A stretch of DNA of 63,990 bases, counting the filler, from Dirinaria sp. TL-2023a (lineage: Eukaryota): assembly GCA_051941275.1 (NCBI GenBank). It is 4 parts of 4 records of this genome, joined end to end, with 100 filler letters (N's around TTAATTAATTAA, not from the genome) between each part and the next. Parts side by side here need not be neighbours in the genome. Positions count along the whole stretch, not along the records: positions 50,087 to 63,990 come from JAVEBF010000642.1; 3 more parts are not named here. One strand, 5' to 3'. The notes under the pieces are model-generated. The model ran no database searches. It worked only from the letters and a program-made list of their open reading frames with translations, and was not told the origin of the DNA. The position numbers and the translations under genes were made by a program. This document shows, one piece after another, positions 59,340-63,990 of this stretch (position 1 is the stretch's first letter; the number at the start of each line of letters is the position of its first letter).

Positions 59340-61260
59340 AATTGATGGCGGTTGAGTGTCCTTACTGGCTTTCTCTAACTTGTGTACTTTGGCATTCCCA
59401 CGAAATTGCCTCCACTACCGCCGCAACTACCTCTACCGCCTCGTTAACTTTGCTTATTTTGGCGTGGGCCGATTTGACTGAGATCATCGCACGGAACGTT
59501 GCCAAAATGACATTCTCCAGGTTGATATGCACCTTGCACAACTTGTATAATTTTCCATCGCTCTCATCTCTCACCTTAGCCCGGCTGACAAGACAGAGGA
59601 GATTTCATCAGGACATTCGCTTTCGCATGACCTGCTAAAATGATTGCTCTAGAATTGCATCCACTTTTATTTCGACGTTCGGTGTAAAGTAAGTCCCCAG
59701 CTCAAGGAAGGCTGAGGAGCAGCTGAGAGCTACCCGGCACAAACAACGGGGATGGTGAGATCATGAGGTATTCGTACAAGGCAGCCGCTACGCCAGGGAT
59801 CAATCATGCTGCACAATTTAGCGAAGACTCATTCGTTGTCGTGCAGGCTGCAAAAACCAACTCTCCAGACTTTGTGTCCCCTTCCATTTGAAAGTTTGAT
59901 GTAAGAGACATCTTGAACTCAACGCAGGCCCAAGAGCGATTGAGCGGTACTCGGCCAAGACTATATAAATGCCGAAAAAGCGAAGTACTGTTCAGATTAT
60001 GTGTTGGAGGTAGGATATGATGCACGGTCTAGATCTATTTCAGGTATGCTTGCAGAAAACGGTGTAAAAAGTAACAATTGTACCTAAGTGGTGTCATAGG
60101 GTGTGAGCAGGCAGAATCGACTACCCAGGCTATCCCATTACAGCAAGTGAGATGCGGTTATGATGAACATGTTTCAAGAATGCTGAATGCTCCTTCACAC
60201 TCATATGGTCGTCTGTGATCGAGTCTACAGTATCGACGGAATGTGAGGTAGGTTCTCATTTCGGTCATCCTCTTTGCCTGCTCCCTGCTGGTCTTGCACA
60301 GATCGATCTTTGTGGCTTTGACAACAATAGTGTTGTAATGTTTTCTACGTAACTTCTTTAGAGCGCTCCTTTGCATCCGCTTCGATTCCTTCTTTGATCT
60401 TTGCCATTTCCGCCTCGCTCTTTTGTTTGAGCTGTCTATTGGCTTTCTCGAATTTCTCGATTTTGAGCCGTTCGTTCACGAGCGCTTCAATTCATCTTCT
60501 CGGTTGACAATGATCGCTTCGCCGCCTATTCCACGTCTGCATGAGAGCTCCAGACGATATTCTAGGCTCTCGGTCTCTTGCATATCGGCGCTAAAGTGCT
60601 CATCAGCTTAGCTGGTCTATTCAAATGGGCCGTGACTTCGATGAGCCTGGGCTCGTCTCGGTGTTCTGAATTTTCGAGCTCTAGAAGGACTTCACAGATA
60701 TTGGACACATTTAGCTTCGATTCTGGATTCTTTTTGGACATGGTCTTGGGCACTTCCTTGATCTCTCTTGAACCACTCAATGCTGTCTCTTTCCTGTGCG
60801 GCATATTCTCGCAGCAGATGTGACTGCTGCTGAAAGTGCTGAAGCAGATATTACGAAGATATTGGTTCTACGTGAGCGTATCCAAGAAATTAGATCTTTT
60901 GCATGGTATGCGGGTAGTGTCAAGGGGAGCACCCCTGCTGATGGATAGCTAAGCACTGCACCGACGCCAAAAGTGACGACCTTGAAATGAGACCAAGAAT
61001 TTCTAGAATCGCTATCGTTAAAAAGTCTGTTGCTGGAAGCTGGTGGAGACTGATATATCGAGAGATATACATCGTACTGGCAGTGATCCACTCGAGAAGA
61101 CCGAGAAATGAAATATTTGTCCCAGAATAGAGTTTAAGAAGTAGCTGAAGGCTATAGGTGTCGTTCCGGAATTGAAGATTTCCCCTTCTAAAACCTTTTC
61201 GGACCTGACAAGCAGAACGAGGTTCTCCAAGGAAGTCCATAAATTCTTTTAAGAGAAGAA
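59340..61260 (-). pseudogene. Probable decayed protein-coding relic (unidentified; coiled-coil-like segments)
   Basis: A chain of short, protein-like minus-strand ORFs in shifting frames with stops; no recognisable family motif. Confidence 0.3.
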
Positions 61261-61394
61261 GAATGGCCCCACCTTGTCTTGATACGTTTCAAGCTAAATA
61301 CTAAGGTCGACAAGGCGAAGTCCGAAGCTCCAGATATCTTGAATCTTTGTGAGCCCTCACTCGTTCAAAATTAGACTCGAAGTTGTGAGGAACA

Positions 61395-61867
61395 GGTTAG
61401 CAAATGTGGCACTTAGAAACGAGATCGGACTCCTATCGTTGATCTGGTCGGTAGTATGCCATGCCAAGGAATCCTGAGCAGTAAATCTCTTTCAAAATTG
61501 GATACTCAAGAGATGAGAATTTGCCTGGTAGAAGTGGCAACTAAAAACTAGATCCAACTCATATGGCTAATCTCCTGGGTGGTTCGTCATACCGAGGTTT
61601 GCTAGGCAGTAAATTTCTTTCAAAACTGGATAGTCTAAAGAGCTGAAAACCCGCCTGGCAGATATGACAACTAATAACTAGATCGAGCTTTGATCACTGA
61701 TCTGTTCGGTGGCTCGTTATACCAAGAAGTCTTGGGCAGTAAATCTCTTTCGAAACTTGGCAATCAAGACGTGAGAAACCGTTTGGCAGATATGGCAACT
61801 GAAGACTAGATCTGACTCCTATCGTTGATCTCGTCGGTTGGTTTATCATGCCAAAGAGTCCTGAGCA
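61395..61867. repeat. Degenerate tandem repeat, ~128-130-bp unit, ~3.7 copies
   Basis: GCAGTAAAT(C/T)TCTTTC.AAA at 61478, 61606 and 61736, plus recurring GGCAACT.A..ACTAGATC. Confidence 0.9.
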
Positions 61868-62319
61868 CTAAGCCCTAAGAACAACAATGTCCAATGAGAT
61901 AACAGGCATCAGCTCGTTGCGCCGCATCGCGAATAAAATCGTCAACTTTCACTTTCTGCAGCATTTTTCACGCCCGTTACAGCTGGCTTATCGCTGTACA
62001 GTCGGATTATGCAATGGGTTTCGATATAGTCTACGACGTTCAGGATCCTAAGAACAGAAATCTTTGTTTTCGCAAAGGATTCCGTTGCAAAAAGCTCACG
62101 CTCATCGGATAAGGTCTGTCCTCTAAAGCTTCCTCTTGACTTTTGTCTCTAATGTTGTTCTTCCTCAGGACGTCTCCCATATGCGGGTCTAGATCCTCTG
62201 ATGCACGACTCGTGGTACTGAGTCAATGATCTAAACTCTTAAGGTAGACCTCGGCCTCGGTCTTCTTATCATTGTTCTGGTTCGTGTTGGTTTTATCAAC
62301 CAGGATGATCGTTCTTCGG

Positions 62320-63300
62320 AGGGTATTTCAAGTCGCCATCTTACGACGAGTTTTTAGCTCGTCTTTAGACTTTCTTTTGTGATGAGGCCATGCCATCCCT
62401 AGGGCAGGCTTGAATTTTGGTCCAGCGCAGAAAGATCGCCGAGCACTGTGATCAAGGCGATAACTTATCTGGCAAGCGAAGGCCAGGCTGAAGCCGATTC
62501 TCAAAACGACCGCTGCTACAGCGAATATTCTTGACAGCCACGAAGACTTAAAACCGTGAGAATGGCAGATAGCGACTAACTTTTGCCCATTTGCTACTAC
62601 ACTTACATATGTGTAGACAGATATGTAAGAAGGTATTTCAAATCTCCCAATACGTCTGCTTATAGCTCGTCTTAAGACTTTCTCTTGTGATGAGGCCATC
62701 TCCTAGAGCAGGTTTGAAATTTGGTCCAACGCAGAAAAACCACCGAGCACTATAATCAAGGCGATGACATATTTAGCAAGCAAAGGCTAGGCTGAAGCCG
62801 ATGCTTAAAACGAGCGCTGTAGCAACGAAGATTCTTGCTAGCCTTGAAGGCTTAAAACCGCGAGAGTAGCAGTGAGCCTTTTTCTATTGCGGCTAGCTTA
62901 TCTCCATTCGCTACTGAACTGACATATATGTAGGCGAATATGTAAGAAGATATATCAAGTCTTTCAATATGTCTGATAATAGCTCGACTTGAATCTTTTT
63001 TTTTTTCTGACGAGGATGTGTCATCTGTTGAGTAAGCGTTAACTCTGTTCCGAGATAGAAGAATCACCGAGCACTATCATCAAGACGATAACACATCTAG
63101 CGAGTCAGAGCTAGACTGAAGTCAATTTTCATAACGAGCGCTGTAGCAGCAGAGGCTCTTGACAGCCCAGACGGCGTAAAACCACGAAAATGGCGATGAG
63201 CCCCTTACTTTTCCGACTAGCTGGTCGCCATTTGCTATCACGAATAAGATTCGTATAGGCAGAGGCGAATAGATGTGAAGATCGTTCTGTGATGAGCAGT
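62320..63300. repeat. Degenerate tandem repeat, ~310-bp unit, ~3 copies
   Basis: TAGCTCG.CTT at 62355, 62663 and 62980; recurring CCGAGCACT...TCAAG.CGAT and ATATGTAAGAAG. Confidence 0.9.
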
Positions 63301-63990
63301 CGGAACCGACCACCCAAGGCTCTTTAACGGAGTTTGAACCATTGGTGCCGAAAGGGTTTTCCACGGCAGCATTGACCTCAGCATACGTACTGAAAGCACG
63401 GACAGCTGTTTGGTCTGCTGAAATCTGACTAGCTAATGGCTCACTCTCGTCACTTTTATGATCCTTTTTCTTCTCAGAACGGTATCTTGACTTATGAGGT
63501 CGCTCCCAGCACTAGTTGTAAACCAGACGAGTGTCTCACTCCCAGGATATCCATAATCCTTCCCAATGTCCTTGCTCTTATCATTCTTCTTGTTACTATT
63601 ATCCTTCTCGCTAGTCTAGTTCTTATTGTCGTTCTTCTTTAATCAGTGGGCTGAAGAATTCGTCAGTCTGGCACAAGAACTCGAAAAAGCAAGGCTTACA
63701 GCATGTTTCCTCTTATATATTTAAGCTCTCAAAAGGATCGAGTTGTCCGTTAATCGATGCTCAAGGGCCTGCTATCAGGATTATTCTTATCGTCATCCTT
63801 GCTCTTTTCATTCTTTCTGATACGACAGTACACTGAACTTCTACAGTGAAGTTGTGTTAGATGTTATACTGCTAGGCTCAAATAGCGGTCTAGAAGCTGT
63901 TTTGCTACACTAGAATGAAGACTTGTCAGCCTAGCACGACATCTCGAAGAAGAGTGACTTACGAGACACGACTTCTTATATCAAGCTCTC

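Noticed and set aside
61395..63300. CRISPR-like array or WD40/TPR-coding NLR repeats
   Set aside because: Eukaryotic context; the units are whole diverged tandem copies without unique spacers; translations have stops and no repeat-protein motifs.

Overview
This window is eukaryotic, filamentous-ascomycete (Pezizomycotina) nuclear DNA with short GT-AG introns carrying CTRAC branch points. The secreted-protein families hint at a lichen-forming lineage, but that is inference. It is not one continuous locus. Three artificial 100-bp spacers (44 N + TTAATTAATTAA + 44 N) join four pieces; the two complete ones are 16,596 and 16,579 bp, so the pieces look like size-sorted unplaced contigs. Piece 1 (1-16611) is accessory-like: an Apple/PAN-like membrane protein, a SnoaL/NTF2-like protein, a cytochrome P450, a head-to-head pair (tail-anchored unknown protein plus trypsin-fold Ser protease/C2H2 zinc-finger fusion) and a secreted Cys-rich protein. 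Piece 2 carries a BTB pseudogene, MED1, glutamine synthetase and a large conserved hypothetical gene. Piece 3 carries two decayed F-box-like genes, a gamma-tubulin complex subunit, EAF7, a GFA/CENP-V protein, carnitine acetyltransferase, LSM4 and secreted/membrane proteins. Piece 4 carries a secreted protein, an RmlD/MAT2B-like reductase, condensin YCG1, cysteine synthase and degenerate tandem repeats. The two best leads are (i) a long, heavily base-paired glutamine synthetase intron with mutually exclusive helices, a candidate splicing-regulatory RNA switch, and (ii) the divergent protease-ZnF / membrane-protein pair, a candidate protease-activated nonself-recognition or cell-death module. 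I recognised no rRNA, tRNA, CRISPR array or intact transposon. Exon boundaries were derived by hand and need RNA-seq confirmation.
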